Source of the DNA: Candidatus Staskawiczbacteria bacterium RIFCSPHIGHO2_02_FULL_42_22
GTDB taxonomy: Bacteria; Patescibacteriota; Minisyncoccia; Minisyncoccales; Staskawiczbacteraceae
Assembly: GCA_001820175.1 (NCBI GenBank)
Contig: MHOT01000018.1
Location: forward strand, 15,401 to 73,703
DNA: 58,303 nucleotides
Reading direction: 5' to 3'
A program made the position numbers and the translations under genes. Below, piece by piece: positions 38,762 through 48,598 of this stretch. The notes beneath the pieces are model-generated. The model was not told the origin of the DNA and searched no databases. It worked only from the letters and a program-made list of their open reading frames with translations. How positions within the stretch are numbered: position 1 is the first letter of the stretch; every line of letters begins with the position of its first letter.

Positions 38762-39032
38762 AGTTCCTCATTCATATAATTTTAAATCCCTAGTAGCATT
38801 CCCATGGCTTGCCTTCTAGGCGCGAGGAGCGGCGCGTACCCTCTGTGGTACGAGAGCGACGAGCAACAACGAAGACAGGCCATGGGAATGCTACCCATTG
38901 GGAACCCAAAAATTACTCCATTTTCTTCTTTGCTCCTCCTCAAGGTGGCGCAAGGCCACCCTTCGTTGTCGCGCATCGAAACTGAAGCAATTTTTAGGTT
39001 CTAGGGGTTTAAAATTATATGAATGAGGAACT
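38762..39032 (+). promoter_or_regulatory. Structured dnaG leader closed by a 32-bp inverted repeat overlapping the dnaG start codon
   Basis: 38762-38793 is the reverse complement of 39001-39032 (one T.G); inner 16-bp IR at 38793-38808/38879-38894. Confidence 0.6.
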
Positions 39033-40833
39033 TGAAGAAATTAAAAACAAGCTCAATGTGGTTGATGTGGTTGGCAGCTATGTTAAATTAACCAAAACAG
39101 GAGCTAATTTGCGGGGCATTTGCCCTTTTCATTCAGAGAAAAGTCCATCGTTTTTTGTAAATCCCGCCCGCCAACTATGGCATTGTTTTGGGTGCGGATC
39201 CGGTTCATCTATCTTTGACTTTGTCATGAAAATTGAAGGCGTCGAATTTGGGGATGCCCTTCGAATCCTGGCCGCCAAAGCGGGGGTTCAGTTAAAACGG
39301 GAAAATGTTCAGTTGCGCACCGAGCGCCAGCGTTTGTACGAAATTTGCGAACTGGCCTGTAAGTTTTTTGAAAAGCAATTAGAGGGGAGCGCCATGGGCA
39401 AGGAAGCCGAGGCCTATTTATTAAAACGCGGCATTAGTAAAGAAAGCATCAAAAAGTGGCGCCTGGGCTATTCTCCTGATACCTGGAATGGCTTGACGGA
39501 TTTTTTGATTGGTAAAGGATATGCTCGCCAGGAAATTGTAAAAACAGGACTTGCCATTGAAAAAGAGAACAATAAAAATGATTCCTATGACCGGTTTCGC
39601 GGCCGAATCATGTTTCCGGTGTTTGGCTTAAATTCTGAAGTGGTGGGTTTTGGCGGCAGGGTGTTTAAGCAGGCCGATAATAAAGAAATTGCAAAATATA
39701 TCAATACGCCCCAGACCTTGCTATACGATAAAAGCGGTATTCTCTACGGACTTAATTATGCAAAACTTGCCGTGCGGAAACAAAATCAGTGTGTGGTGGT
39801 AGAAGGATACACCGATGTGATTATGTGCCATCAGGCCGGATATGAAAATACGGTAGCCGCTTCAGGAACCGCATTGACGGCGCACCATTTAACTATTTTA
39901 AAACGGTATTCTGAAAATTTAGTGTTGGCCTTTGATATGGATATTGCCGGGGATTCGGCCACCAAACGGGGAATCAACGGGGCCCAGGAACAGGGTTTTA
40001 ATATTAAGATTATTGAAAGCTATGGTTTTGGCAATGAAAAGTCCGACCCGGCCGATATTATTTTAAAAGATCCAAAGCAGTGGGAAGAATCCCTTGCAAA
40101 AGCAAAATCAATCATGGATTACTATATTGATTCCGCTTTTTTGCATTTTGATGCCAAGACCCCTGAAGGGAAAAAAGAAATCGGTAATGTAGTTTTGCCG
40201 GCTATCAAGCGCCTGGCAAACAAAATAGAACAATCATTTTGGGTGCAAACATTATCACAAAAATTAGGCGTAAAAGAGGAAGCCATTTTAGAGGAATTAT
40301 CTAAAATAAAGTTCCAGCAAAGGGCGTCAGAAGTTGCGCCGCCGGCCCCAATATCTGGTTTTGAAAATAAGGAAATATTAGGCCAGGAGGGCCGAAAAAA
40401 GTTAATTGAAGAAAAAATAATTTCTCTCATTTTAAAAAATCCAGGATACATAACATTAATACCGGAAGCGGACTACGGAATATTTTCCCATAAAATCCGG
40501 CAGTTTATTGAAGAGATAAAAAAAGTGGTCCAGCTTCAAAAGCCGGCCGAGGAAGGCCGGTTAAAAGAAGATTTTAAAATTATTTTTAATAGCGAAGAAT
40601 TGAATGTTGAGTTAAAAAATTTTTTGGCGGCGCTAGCTTTAAGCGCTGAACTGCAATACCAGGAAGATGGCCAAGAAGAAGTGCTTTTGTGCCTGCTTCA
40701 ATTAAAAAATATAGCATTAAAAAATAACCTTAACGTTGTTTCGGACGATATTAAAAAAGCGGAGGGGGAAAGCGATTCAAAAAAAGTAGCTGAATTAATT
40801 GCCAAATTTAATCAATTAACTAAAGAGTTATAA
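39019..40833 (+). CDS. dnaG: DNA primase
   Basis: CPFHSEKSPSF..WHCFGC zinc finger, DRFRGRIMFP, KYINTP, VVVEGYTDVI, FDMDIAG. Confidence 0.98.
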   Translation: MNEELEEIKNKLNVVDVVGSYVKLTKTGANLRGICPFHSEKSPSFFVNPARQLWHCFGCGSGSSIFDFVMKIEGVEFGDALRILAAKAGVQLKRENVQLRTERQRLYEICELACKFFEKQLEGSAMGKEAEAYLLKRGISKESIKKWRLGYSPDTWNGLTDFLIGKGYARQEIVKTGLAIEKENNKNDSYDRFRGRIMFPVFGLNSEVVGFGGRVFKQADNKEIAKYINTPQTLLYDKSGILYGLNYAKLAVRKQNQCVVVEGYTDVIMCHQAGYENTVAASGTALTAHHLTILKRYSENLVLAFDMDIAGDSATKRGINGAQEQGFNIKIIESYGFGNEKSDPADIILKDPKQWEESLAKAKSIMDYYIDSAFLHFDAKTPEGKKEIGNVVLPAIKRLANKIEQSFWVQTLSQKLGVKEEAILEELSKIKFQQRASEVAPPAPISGFENKEILGQEGRKKLIEEKIISLILKNPGYITLIPEADYGIFSHKIRQFIEEIKKVVQLQKPAEEGRLKEDFKIIFNSEELNVELKNFLAALALSAELQYQEDGQEEVLLCLLQLKNIALKNNLNVVSDDIKKAEGESDSKKVAELIAKFNQLTKEL

Positions 40834-40867
40834 TTTACCTTCACATCAAACAGGTGGGGTAATATAA

Positions 40868-41144
40868 TAGACCTGTTGCGTATTAAGGATTGTCGCGAAA
40901 ATTGAAGATTTTGGATCAGAAATTTGATAGAATTTTTCGGCTTGCCCATAGGCCCGGAGATGGGGAAATTTGTTGCTACAAATTTGCCCACATCTTGACC
41001 GAAAAATTATAATGTGCTAAGCGAGAGAGAAAAAGAAGAATATCAATTATTCTTTTTCGAACGAGCGACACATTATACTAGGTATAGCAAATTTCTGGCC
41101 AAAATATGCAATTTGCAGTAAATCCTTAATACGCAACAGGTCTA
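40868..41144. mobile_element. Family A element (277 bp) between dnaG and rpoD
   Basis: TIRs and modules as above. Confidence 0.9.
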
Positions 41145-41170
41145 ATAATACAAACAAGTAAAAGTTTAAA

Positions 41171-41343
41171 AACCTTGAGTTACGAAATGCTTTCGCGGGA
41201 TTTTCTCTAAATTCCAGAGCGAAAAATTGATAGAAATCCGAGGCATAGCGCGCTATGCCGAGGATTTATAGCAATTTTGCAGCTGGAATTTAGAGAAAAG
41301 ACCCGAAAAGTCCTTTAAAACGGGCATTTCGTAATTCAAGGTT
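41171..41343. mobile_element. Family B palindromic element (TIR AACCTTGAGTTACGAAATGC)
   Basis: 20-bp TIR with one G.T; relatives at 57584-57757 and 57825-58000. Confidence 0.85.
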
Positions 41344-41358
41344 TAAAAAACAATACAC

Positions 41359-42555
41359 TTGTTTGGTGTGGGGGTGAAAAAAAATAAAAAACCGGTAAAA
41401 GGGGCAAAAATCCACAAAAAAATCCCGAAAAAGAAGGTGGTAAAAAAGCAAAAGAAAGCTAAAAAAATGCGAGTTTTAAGCCCCAAGGTAAAAATTACCC
41501 AGGCCCAAATTGACGCTCTCTTACAAAAAGGCCATGAGCGTGGTTTTATCACCACCTCAGAAATTTTATACGCTTTTCCTTATATCGAAAATAACGTAGA
41601 TGACTTGGAAAACATTTACGACCAGTTAAAAGAGAGTGGAGTTGAGGTAAAAGATGTCCGTGAATTTTTAGAAGTAAAAAGTAAAAAGACCAAAAAAGAT
41701 AAAAAAGTGCTGCAAAGCAAAATTGACCCTATCCAGATGTATCTACGAGAAATTGGGAAATCAAGCTTTTTATCTGCTAAAGAAGAAAAGGAGTTAGCCA
41801 AAAAAATCGAACATGGGGACGAGGAAGCCAAAAATCGCCTGGCGCTGGCTAACTTGCGTCTCGTGGTTTCTATTGCTAAAAAATATGTGGGTCGGTCGCC
41901 TAATTTGACGTTGCTGGACTTAATTCAAGAAGGAAATTTAGGCCTTTTTAAAGCAGTTAAAAAATTTGACTGGCGCCGGGGATATAAATTTTCCACCTAT
42001 GCTACTTGGTGGATCCGTCAATCCATTACGCGCGCCTTGGCCGACCAGGCCAGGACTATTCGGATTCCCGTGCACATGATTGAAACTATTTCAAAGTATA
42101 CCAAAGTTAGGAAATCCCTTTTGCAGGAACTTGGCAGAGAGGCGCTGGCCGAAGAAATTGCCGCGGAAATGGGTTTGGACGTCGACAAAGTGCACCACAT
42201 CAGAAAAATTGCCCAAAAAGCGGTATCGCTTGAAACGCCGATTGGCGAAGATAAAGATAAGCAGGATAGCGTACTGGCAGAATTTATTAAAGACGATAAA
42301 ACCGTTGCTCCCAATACCGAGGCGGCCAGGAAAATGTTGAAAGAACGGTTTCGGGAAATTTCAAGCGAGCTGACTCCGCGGGAATTAAAAATTCTTGGTA
42401 TGCGTTTTGGTTTAGACGATGGCGTTATGCATACCCTAGAAGAAACCGGGGAAGAATTCGGTGTTACCCGCGAAAGAATCCGGCAAATCCAGGCAAAGTC
42501 ATTGGAAAAATTACGAAAGCACGCCGATTTAAAGAAGGTGAAGGATTATTACTAG
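41359..42555 (+). CDS. rpoD: RNA polymerase primary sigma factor
   Basis: [64 protein letters not shown]; exact start uncertain. Confidence 0.97.
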   Translation: MFGVGVKKNKKPVKGAKIHKKIPKKKVVKKQKKAKKMRVLSPKVKITQAQIDALLQKGHERGFITTSEILYAFPYIENNVDDLENIYDQLKESGVEVKDVREFLEVKSKKTKKDKKVLQSKIDPIQMYLREIGKSSFLSAKEEKELAKKIEHGDEEAKNRLALANLRLVVSIAKKYVGRSPNLTLLDLIQEGNLGLFKAVKKFDWRRGYKFSTYATWWIRQSITRALADQARTIRIPVHMIETISKYTKVRKSLLQELGREALAEEIAAEMGLDVDKVHHIRKIAQKAVSLETPIGEDKDKQDSVLAEFIKDDKTVAPNTEAARKMLKERFREISSELTPRELKILGMRFGLDDGVMHTLEETGEEFGVTRERIRQIQAKSLEKLRKHADLKKVKDYY

Positions 42556-42710
42556 ACAACTAATTTGAAATTTACAATTTGAAATTTGAAATCAATGCTT
42601 GAATTTTAAATGACTAAATTTTAAAACGTGACGGCGTGTTTCAATTATTTTAAATTCGCTTTTTTTCAAATTGAATTCAAATTGTAAATTTCAAATTTCA
42701 AATTAAAAAT

Positions 42711-43184
42711 ATGGCACTGAAAATAGGCGACTCTGCCCCTAACTTTACTCTGCCCGACCAGGATAATAAAATCCATTCATTGTCTGAATATCAGGGCGCA
42801 TGGCTCTTATTGTATTTTTACCCAAAAGATAATACCACGGGCTGCATAAAGGAGGCGTGTGAATTACGGGATGATTTTTTGGGTTTTAAGAAGTTAAAAG
42901 TAGCAGTGGTTGGGGTAAGCATAGATTCTCCAAAAAGCCATAAAAAATTTGCCGATGAATACAATTTGCCATTTACCTTATTGTCGGATGAACAAAAGGA
43001 AGCGGTAAATAAGTATGGCGTTTGGCAAGAAAAATCCATGTATGGCAAAAAATACATGGGTACGTTCAGGATATCGTTTTTAATTAATCCAAAAGGCGTT
43101 ATCGAAAAAATATACGAAGCCGTAAAACCGGCGGAACACAGCAAAGAGGTGTTAAGGGATTTAAAAAAGATACCGCGATATTAA
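42711..43184 (+). CDS. bcp: Thioredoxin-dependent peroxiredoxin BCP/PrxQ
   Basis: YFYPKDNTTGCIKEAC, VGVSID, RISFLINPKG. Confidence 0.94.
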   Translation: MALKIGDSAPNFTLPDQDNKIHSLSEYQGAWLLLYFYPKDNTTGCIKEACELRDDFLGFKKLKVAVVGVSIDSPKSHKKFADEYNLPFTLLSDEQKEAVNKYGVWQEKSMYGKKYMGTFRISFLINPKGVIEKIYEAVKPAEHSKEVLRDLKKIPRY

Positions 43185-43200
43185 GGGCTCTTCCATGAGT

Positions 43201-43244
43201 ACAAAAAAACAACCCCGAGTTTTATCAAGGGGTTGTTTTTTTGT
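43201..43244. terminator. Bidirectional terminator between bcp and the cold-shock gene
   Basis: ACAAAAAAACAACCCC-loop-GGGGTTGTTTTTTTGT. Confidence 0.85.
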
Positions 43245-43257
43245 AATACAGCAAAAA

Positions 43258-43488
43258 CTACATTTTTACTATATCAACGGCGTTTGGTCCTTTTGGAGAA
43301 TCGGCTTCCTCGAATGAAACCATATCATCAACCTTAAGATCATTGAATAATCTCAATTTTTCATCTTGATCCTCCGGATTTTCGGTTTTCATTGAATTTT
43401 TGTGAAAGAAAAGATCTTTTTCTCGTCCTTCAACTTTAATGAAACCAAAAAATTTATCGCCAACCAAATTCTTAATTGTTCCTTCCAT
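43258..43488 (-). CDS. Cold-shock domain protein
   Basis: MEGTIK, FFGFI (RNP1), DLFFHKN (RNP2), KGPNAVDI. Confidence 0.92.
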   Translation of the reverse strand: MEGTIKNLVGDKFFGFIKVEGREKDLFFHKNSMKTENPEDQDEKLRLFNDLKVDDMVSFEEADSPKGPNAVDIVKM

Positions 43489-43638
43489 GTGAATGCGTAA
43501 ATTAAATTTTATTTTTATAAAGTATAGTGTGCAATTAACAAACTCGACCAATGGAGCTTTACAATAAAACCCCCTTTGAAGCAACTAACTTAGTTTACAG
43601 TATAGCATGTAATGGTCTGCAAGTCAATAGACCTCTAA

Positions 43639-43799
43639 TAACCCCTCACACCTCGTGCGCCTTTCTGCCGTCATTGCGAGGAGTCCCGATCGCAATCGTG
43701 GACGACGCGGCAATCTCAAATTAAACGAGATTGCTTCCCGCCACGCTTCGCTCGCGGCTAAAGGCACGGGCTCGCAATGACGGAAGGTGTGAGGGGTTA
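43639..43799. repeat. Family D palindrome with TAACCCCTCACACCT shell
   Basis: 15-bp outer TIR plus D core. Confidence 0.9.
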
Positions 43800-43804
43800 C
43801 ACCC

Positions 43805-44782
43805 CTAAATCACTGCCACGGTTTTTTCTTTTATAATTTCGTTAAGCATCTTTTTAACGCCATCCAAACTTTCCGGATTAATGATGGAAATTTCAGTGAT
43901 GTCTTTTTTAATGCTGGCAAAGTCCTTTTTTATCTGTTCAATTTTTTCTTGGCTTGCCGTATCACTCTTACTTAAAAATAGGTATTCTTTTTTTGCCAAA
44001 AGCAGGGGATTGTACTCTTGCAATTCTTTCTTTACGATAGCATAATCTTTCATGGGGTTTTGTGAGTCAGTGGAAATTAAATGAAACAGTACGCGGGTGC
44101 GTTCCACATGGCGCAAGAATTTTATACCAAGGCCTTTCCCTTCTGATGCACCTTCAATTAACCCGGGAATATCGGCTAAAATTAATTCAAAGTACACCCC
44201 CAAATTTGGCTCAAGGGTGGTAAACGGGTAATTGGCCACTTTGGCGCTGGCCCGGGTTAATTCGTTTAGTAAACTGGATTTGCCGACATTGGGCAGTCCG
44301 ATAAATCCCACATCAGCGATCATTTTTAGTTCAAGGCGCATGGAAAATGCGTCTCCTAATACTCCCTTGCCCGCTTGCAGGGGAGTGGTGTTGGTGGCTG
44401 ACCTGAATAAAAAGTTTCCCTTGCCCCCCTTACCACCGCGGGCAATTAATTCGGTCTGGCCAATTTGGTTAATTTCTAAAGATCCACCTTGTTTTAGGTT
44501 GTGGGCAATAGTGCCAACGGGTACTAGCAATATCGTATCTTTTGCATTAGCGCCATCGTGAAGTTGGTTTCTGCCGGTCTCCCCATTATCTGCTTGTATG
44601 TCTTTCCTGAAACGAAACTGCTTAAGTGCAGTTAAGTCAGAAACGCCTTGTAAATAAACATCGCCGCCGTTTCCGCCGTTTCCGCCCGTAGGTCCCAAAG
44701 ACATTTTGGTTTTATTGAATCTTACGATTCCATTGCCGCCATTTCCGGCAGTGACCGTGATGGTTACGTCGTCGATAATCAT
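43805..44782 (-). CDS. obgE: GTPase ObgE (short form)
   Basis: AGNGGNG, GGNGGNGGDV, ADVGFIGLPNVGKSSLL, YPFTTLEPNLG, ADIPGLIEGA. Confidence 0.97.
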   Translation of the reverse strand: MIIDDVTITVTAGNGGNGIVRFNKTKMSLGPTGGNGGNGGDVYLQGVSDLTALKQFRFRKDIQADNGETGRNQLHDGANAKDTILLVPVGTIAHNLKQGGSLEINQIGQTELIARGGKGGKGNFLFRSATNTTPLQAGKGVLGDAFSMRLELKMIADVGFIGLPNVGKSSLLNELTRASAKVANYPFTTLEPNLGVYFELILADIPGLIEGASEGKGLGIKFLRHVERTRVLFHLISTDSQNPMKDYAIVKKELQEYNPLLLAKKEYLFLSKSDTASQEKIEQIKKDFASIKKDITEISIINPESLDGVKKMLNEIIKEKTVAVI

Positions 44783-44787
44783 GGATG

Positions 44788-46290
44788 TTACTTTTCTAAA
44801 AACTTCCCCAAATCCAGGATCTGGTCAATTCGAATTTGTTCGACAAAATCCTGTGAGTGGCTGACTAATATTATCGCCCCTTCAAATTCATTGATGGCCT
44901 TGGCGATAATGGGGATGTGGCGGAAGTTAATGTGGTTAGTCGGTTCGTCTAAAATGAGTAGTCCGGGCCGCTCGAGCGATATGGCGGCAAATGCCACCAA
45001 ACCCTTTTGACCTTCAGAAAGTGAACCGATTGTGGCTTTTAGAATTTCGGCGTCTATCAAAAAGCCGGCGGCATGAGCCCGTAAATTTTGTTCGGTGCCT
45101 CGGTTTTCCATGGCTCTTTGCAGGACTTGATACACGGTGGCGTTAAAATCCAGGTTGCTAAAATCCTGCCGGTAGTAACTGATATGGGTGTCTTCCTTGA
45201 CGTGTTCGCCCTTGGCGTGTCCAGCCGCCCCTTTTGGGGCGAGCCTCGCCTCTTGGCGGGATGCCAGTTTTTCTAGTAAGGTGGTTTTACCAATGCCATT
45301 GGGGCCTTGTAGTAATAATCGTTCTTTTTTAGTAAGCCGAATATTTACTTTTTTATCAATGAATTTGTGGTTTTTAGCTATGGTAACCGAGTCCAAGACC
45401 AAAATATCTCCGCCAGAATTCTCTTGGCAGATAATCTGAAAATTCCTGATGGTCTTATCTTCCCTTCGAACTTCCACAATATCTTCTTCCAGGGCCGCAA
45501 TTTGCTTACGCATTTTACTGGACACATCCCGCAAGTGACCGCCTTTTTGGGCAAAGAAATTGGCCTGCTCTTTTCTATGGGAAATATCTTTTTCTAAACG
45601 CGCATTTTTCATACGTTCCCGTTCTAAACGGTTTTGAATTTCCTTAACTACCGTGAAATAATCACCCGTATATTGTTCTACTTTTTTGGTAAAAATATCC
45701 AAGTACAAAACGCCTTCCGTAAATGAATTCAAAAAGTCGGCATCGTGACTGATAACAATGCAGGTCTTTTGGTAGTCCTTAATAAACTGAGTCAAGTGGG
45801 CGATGCCGGCCTTGTCTAAATTATTAGTTGGTTCGTCTAATAACAATACGTCGGGGTTTTGAATTAACGCCGAGGCCAGCGATATTCGGGCCTGCTGTCC
45901 GCCCGATAAACTTTTGATAATTCTATCCAGTGGTACGCTTAAATTGGTAATTTCCAGCGTCTCTTTTATTTTAACATCAATATCATATACTTTTTTTGCA
46001 AAACACTTTTCAAAAAATTCTCGTACGGTAAGTTCCAATTCCGGGCGGGGGATAACCTGGCGGGCCGTGGCAATGGTGATATTTTGGGAAAGGTTTATGG
46101 CCCCCGATTCGGGCTGCGCGCCACTCATAATTAACTCAAAAATGGTGCTTTTACCGGCACCATTTTGCCCCATGAGGGTAATTTTTGATCCTCTACGCAC
46201 CGCAAAATTGGCCTCATCCAAAATGGGTTTGCCCGATTCCCATTGAAAGGAAACATTGTTGAATTTTATGATGGTTTCATTTGACGACAT
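44788..46290 (-). CDS. ABC-F family ATPase
   Basis: Two ABC cassettes (GQNGAGKST/LSGGQQ/LLDEPTN; GPNGIGKTT/LSEGQK/ILDEPTN); no TM. Confidence 0.93.
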   Translation of the reverse strand: MSSNETIIKFNNVSFQWESGKPILDEANFAVRRGSKITLMGQNGAGKSTIFELIMSGAQPESGAINLSQNITIATARQVIPRPELELTVREFFEKCFAKKVYDIDVKIKETLEITNLSVPLDRIIKSLSGGQQARISLASALIQNPDVLLLDEPTNNLDKAGIAHLTQFIKDYQKTCIVISHDADFLNSFTEGVLYLDIFTKKVEQYTGDYFTVVKEIQNRLERERMKNARLEKDISHRKEQANFFAQKGGHLRDVSSKMRKQIAALEEDIVEVRREDKTIRNFQIICQENSGGDILVLDSVTIAKNHKFIDKKVNIRLTKKERLLLQGPNGIGKTTLLEKLASRQEARLAPKGAAGHAKGEHVKEDTHISYYRQDFSNLDFNATVYQVLQRAMENRGTEQNLRAHAAGFLIDAEILKATIGSLSEGQKGLVAFAAISLERPGLLILDEPTNHINFRHIPIIAKAINEFEGAIILVSHSQDFVEQIRIDQILDLGKFLEK

Positions 46291-46369
46291 AATAAAAATA
46301 ATACCTTATTTTTTGAAAAATAGCCAGCCCTAATTTGGCGACGTCAGACGTCGCCAAAGCGTCGCCAAA

Positions 46370-46742
46370 GTAACCCCGCGCGTCCCGTCATTGCGAGGAA
46401 TGCGTATAGAACAAACATTATCACTTTGCACTAAAGTCGCCGGCGGTTTGGCAATATTGGGCGGATTGGAGCAAAAAATATGTTTGGCGTAGCCGTAGCT
46501 ACGGCAAACATATTTTTTGTGAAAACTGCCCAAGATTGGCAAAGCCGCCAAGACCTTGGAGTGCAAAGTGATAATGTTTGTTCTATAGATGACGAAGCAA
46601 TCTCTGGATGAAATGACGAGATTGCCGCGTCGCCCTTCGCTGTCCAGACGCGAGGCGCAATTTATCGCAACAAATTCGCCCCGTCTCTAGCTCAGGGCTC
46701 CTTGCAATGACGGTGGTGAAAAAGGAAGGTGTGAGGGGTTAC
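46370..46742. repeat. Composite: GTAACCCC shell containing a family D palindrome, itself containing a family C element and the 45-bp module
   Basis: See the nested-element finding. Confidence 0.85.
46405..46587. mobile_element. Family C element (TIR TATAGAACAAACATTATCACTTTGCACT), 183 bp
   Basis: 28-bp perfect TIR; longer inverted copy at 52932-53235. Confidence 0.9.
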
Positions 46743-46753
46743 TCGCCAAATAA

Positions 46754-46864
46754 TTGACTATTTGTAATTAATATGGTAAATTACTGATAGTTCTTTTACC
46801 CTACCTCATAGTTCAGTCATAACCAAAAGCCCTTTGCATTGCCGAGGATTTCTGGCTATGACTG
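46754..46864 (+). promoter_or_regulatory. Promoter, boxA-like motif and leader hairpin
   Basis: TTGACT-17-TAAATT (TG extension), GTTCTTTTAC at 46790-46799, hairpin at 46814-46864. Confidence 0.55.
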
Positions 46865-46908
46865 CTACTTTGGAGCAAGCACTCTCTTTACAGGAAAGGG
46901 ATGACGCC

Positions 46909-47520
46909 ATGACCAAGATCATGATCGCATCGCAACCGATGACCGACGGTCAGATGGAGAATCTGGTCGACAAGTTCCGCGCCGCGGTGCGCAGGCATCG
47001 TGCGGAGTTTTCGCTCGATGCCGTCCAACAGGTTCTTGGAATCGAGAACCTTGGCATGGAGTGCCTGGCTCCTTTCCGTGCACGCGTGGAGGCGATCAGC
47101 AACCTGATTGTCCGCCGCGTCACCGTCAACCGCACCTGCACTCCACAGGAGGCAATCGACGCCACCGGCCGCACGCAGTACACCGACCGCACGATCGTGG
47201 ACGCCATGCCCCGCGGCGAAGGCGAAGAGACGGAGGTCATCTTCTTCAACCTTGGCCGCTATGTCAGCGACGACAACCTCGACAAGGAGTACGAACTGTG
47301 CGGCCTCATACCCGCCGATCCGTACTCGCTCGCGGCCGTCAACGAAGCCGACCCGACCTTCGCGGACGATCACCCCAATGCCACTCACTGGAAAGATTCC
47401 AGTGGCAAGTGGTGTTACGCCGCTTTCGACCGCTTCGACGATGACGAGCGCGGCGTGTTCGTCAGCCGTAGCGGCGACGGTTGGCATGACGCCTGGTGGT
47501 TCGCCGGCCTTCGCAAGTAA
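46909..47520 (+). CDS. GC-rich hypothetical protein
   Basis: AGGAAAGGG SD before ATG 46909; strongly C/G-ending codons; terminator at ~47587-47628. Confidence 0.8.
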   Translation: MTKIMIASQPMTDGQMENLVDKFRAAVRRHRAEFSLDAVQQVLGIENLGMECLAPFRARVEAISNLIVRRVTVNRTCTPQEAIDATGRTQYTDRTIVDAMPRGEGEETEVIFFNLGRYVSDDNLDKEYELCGLIPADPYSLAAVNEADPTFADDHPNATHWKDSSGKWCYAAFDRFDDDERGVFVSRSGDGWHDAWWFAGLRK

Positions 47521-47801
47521 GTTCTTGGTGCTTAGAACCTTGGGTTGTTTGACCCTTGGGAACTTTGCACTTTGAATCGTCGTTTTAAACCCCGCATTTG
47601 CGTTTGCAAATGCGGGGGTATTTTTTTGTACTATTTTTTTAATGTAGTATAATAATACTAAATCCGAAATCCGAATAGGAACAAGTTCGGCTCCGGCCAC
47701 GAAATTCGAAACAATTCGCCAGCTGGCGAACGAATTTTCAAAATCCAAATTTTCAAAATATGTTTAGAATTTAGAGTTTAGGATTTAGGATTTCATACAT
47801 T

Positions 47802-48086
47802 ATGGACACTACCATTATTACCAATATTTTGTTTTCACTGCTCAGTATTTTTATAATACTTATTATTATTGTTTTTTTGATGGCAATAGTATATGCTATT
47901 AAAATTGCTAAGCGGCTCCAGGAAATTTTGTCCATTATTAAAGAAGAAACAGAAAAAATTACCCATGACGTTGATGCGGTTCGTGAAAGAATAAAAAACG
48001 GCGGCAGCCAGTTTGTTTCGTTTGTGTCGTACCTGTGGTCGTTTTTTAATAAAAGTAACAAAAAAAGTCGAAAAAACAATAAATAG
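47802..48086 (+). CDS. Hypothetical membrane protein (TM + coiled coil)
   Basis: Long hydrophobic N-terminus, then amphipathic helix. Confidence 0.7.
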   Translation: MDTTIITNILFSLLSIFIILIIIVFLMAIVYAIKIAKRLQEILSIIKEETEKITHDVDAVRERIKNGGSQFVSFVSYLWSFFNKSNKKSRKNNK

Positions 48087-48177
48087 CGATCCGAATTATC
48101 CGAATCCGCATCCGAATGTTCCGAATAGCGTTACCGTATTAGGATCATTCGGATGATATTCGTAAATTAGGATTGCA
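48085..48177. repeat. Family E palindrome
   Basis: AGCGATCCGAAT-type heptamer arms like 33584-33712. Confidence 0.75.
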
Positions 48178-48183
48178 TAATAC

Positions 48184-48549
48184 ATGCAAAAGAAAAATAA
48201 TTTAGTTAAGGATGTGGTGATTGGAGCGGGGATTGCAGCAGCGGTAGCTGCAGCTGCGGGCGTGTATTTTTTGTACGGTTCAAAAAATGCCGCGAAAAAT
48301 CGTAAAATGGTAAAGGGTTGGATGTTGAAAGCCAAGGGCGAAGTATTGGAGAAACTGGAAAATGTAAAAGAGGTAAATGAAGAAATTTACCACAAAATCA
48401 TAGACCAGGTGTCAAAGAAGTACCAGGCAATGAAAAGCGTTGACCGCAAGGATATTGCCGAATTTGTCCGCGAATTGAAGAGCCATTGGCAGGGCCTTGC
48501 TAAGGAAATTGCGGCCTTCCATAAAGCAAAGAGCAAAGGGAAAAAGTAA
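48184..48549 (+). CDS. YtxH-like hypothetical protein
   Basis: GAGIAAAVAAAAGVYFLYG followed by a Lys/Glu-rich helical region. Confidence 0.7.
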   Translation: MQKKNNLVKDVVIGAGIAAAVAAAAGVYFLYGSKNAAKNRKMVKGWMLKAKGEVLEKLENVKEVNEEIYHKIIDQVSKKYQAMKSVDRKDIAEFVRELKSHWQGLAKEIAAFHKAKSKGKK

Positions 48550-48555
48550 TCTTGT

Positions 48556-48598
48556 AATAAAAAATCGCTCTTCGACTTCGCTCAGAGCGATTTTTTAT
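48556..48598. terminator. Bidirectional terminator
   Basis: AATAAAAAATCGCTC-loop-GAGCGATTTTTTATT between convergent genes. Confidence 0.85.

Noticed and set aside
38782-39004. Two overlapping ~65-aa ORFs upstream of dnaG
   Set aside because: They lie wholly within an inverted-repeat structure and have no protein features.
46888-47748. 286-aa minus-strand ORF
   Set aside because: Antisense shadow of the GC-rich plus-strand gene, which has the promoter, SD and terminator; it runs into repeat DNA.
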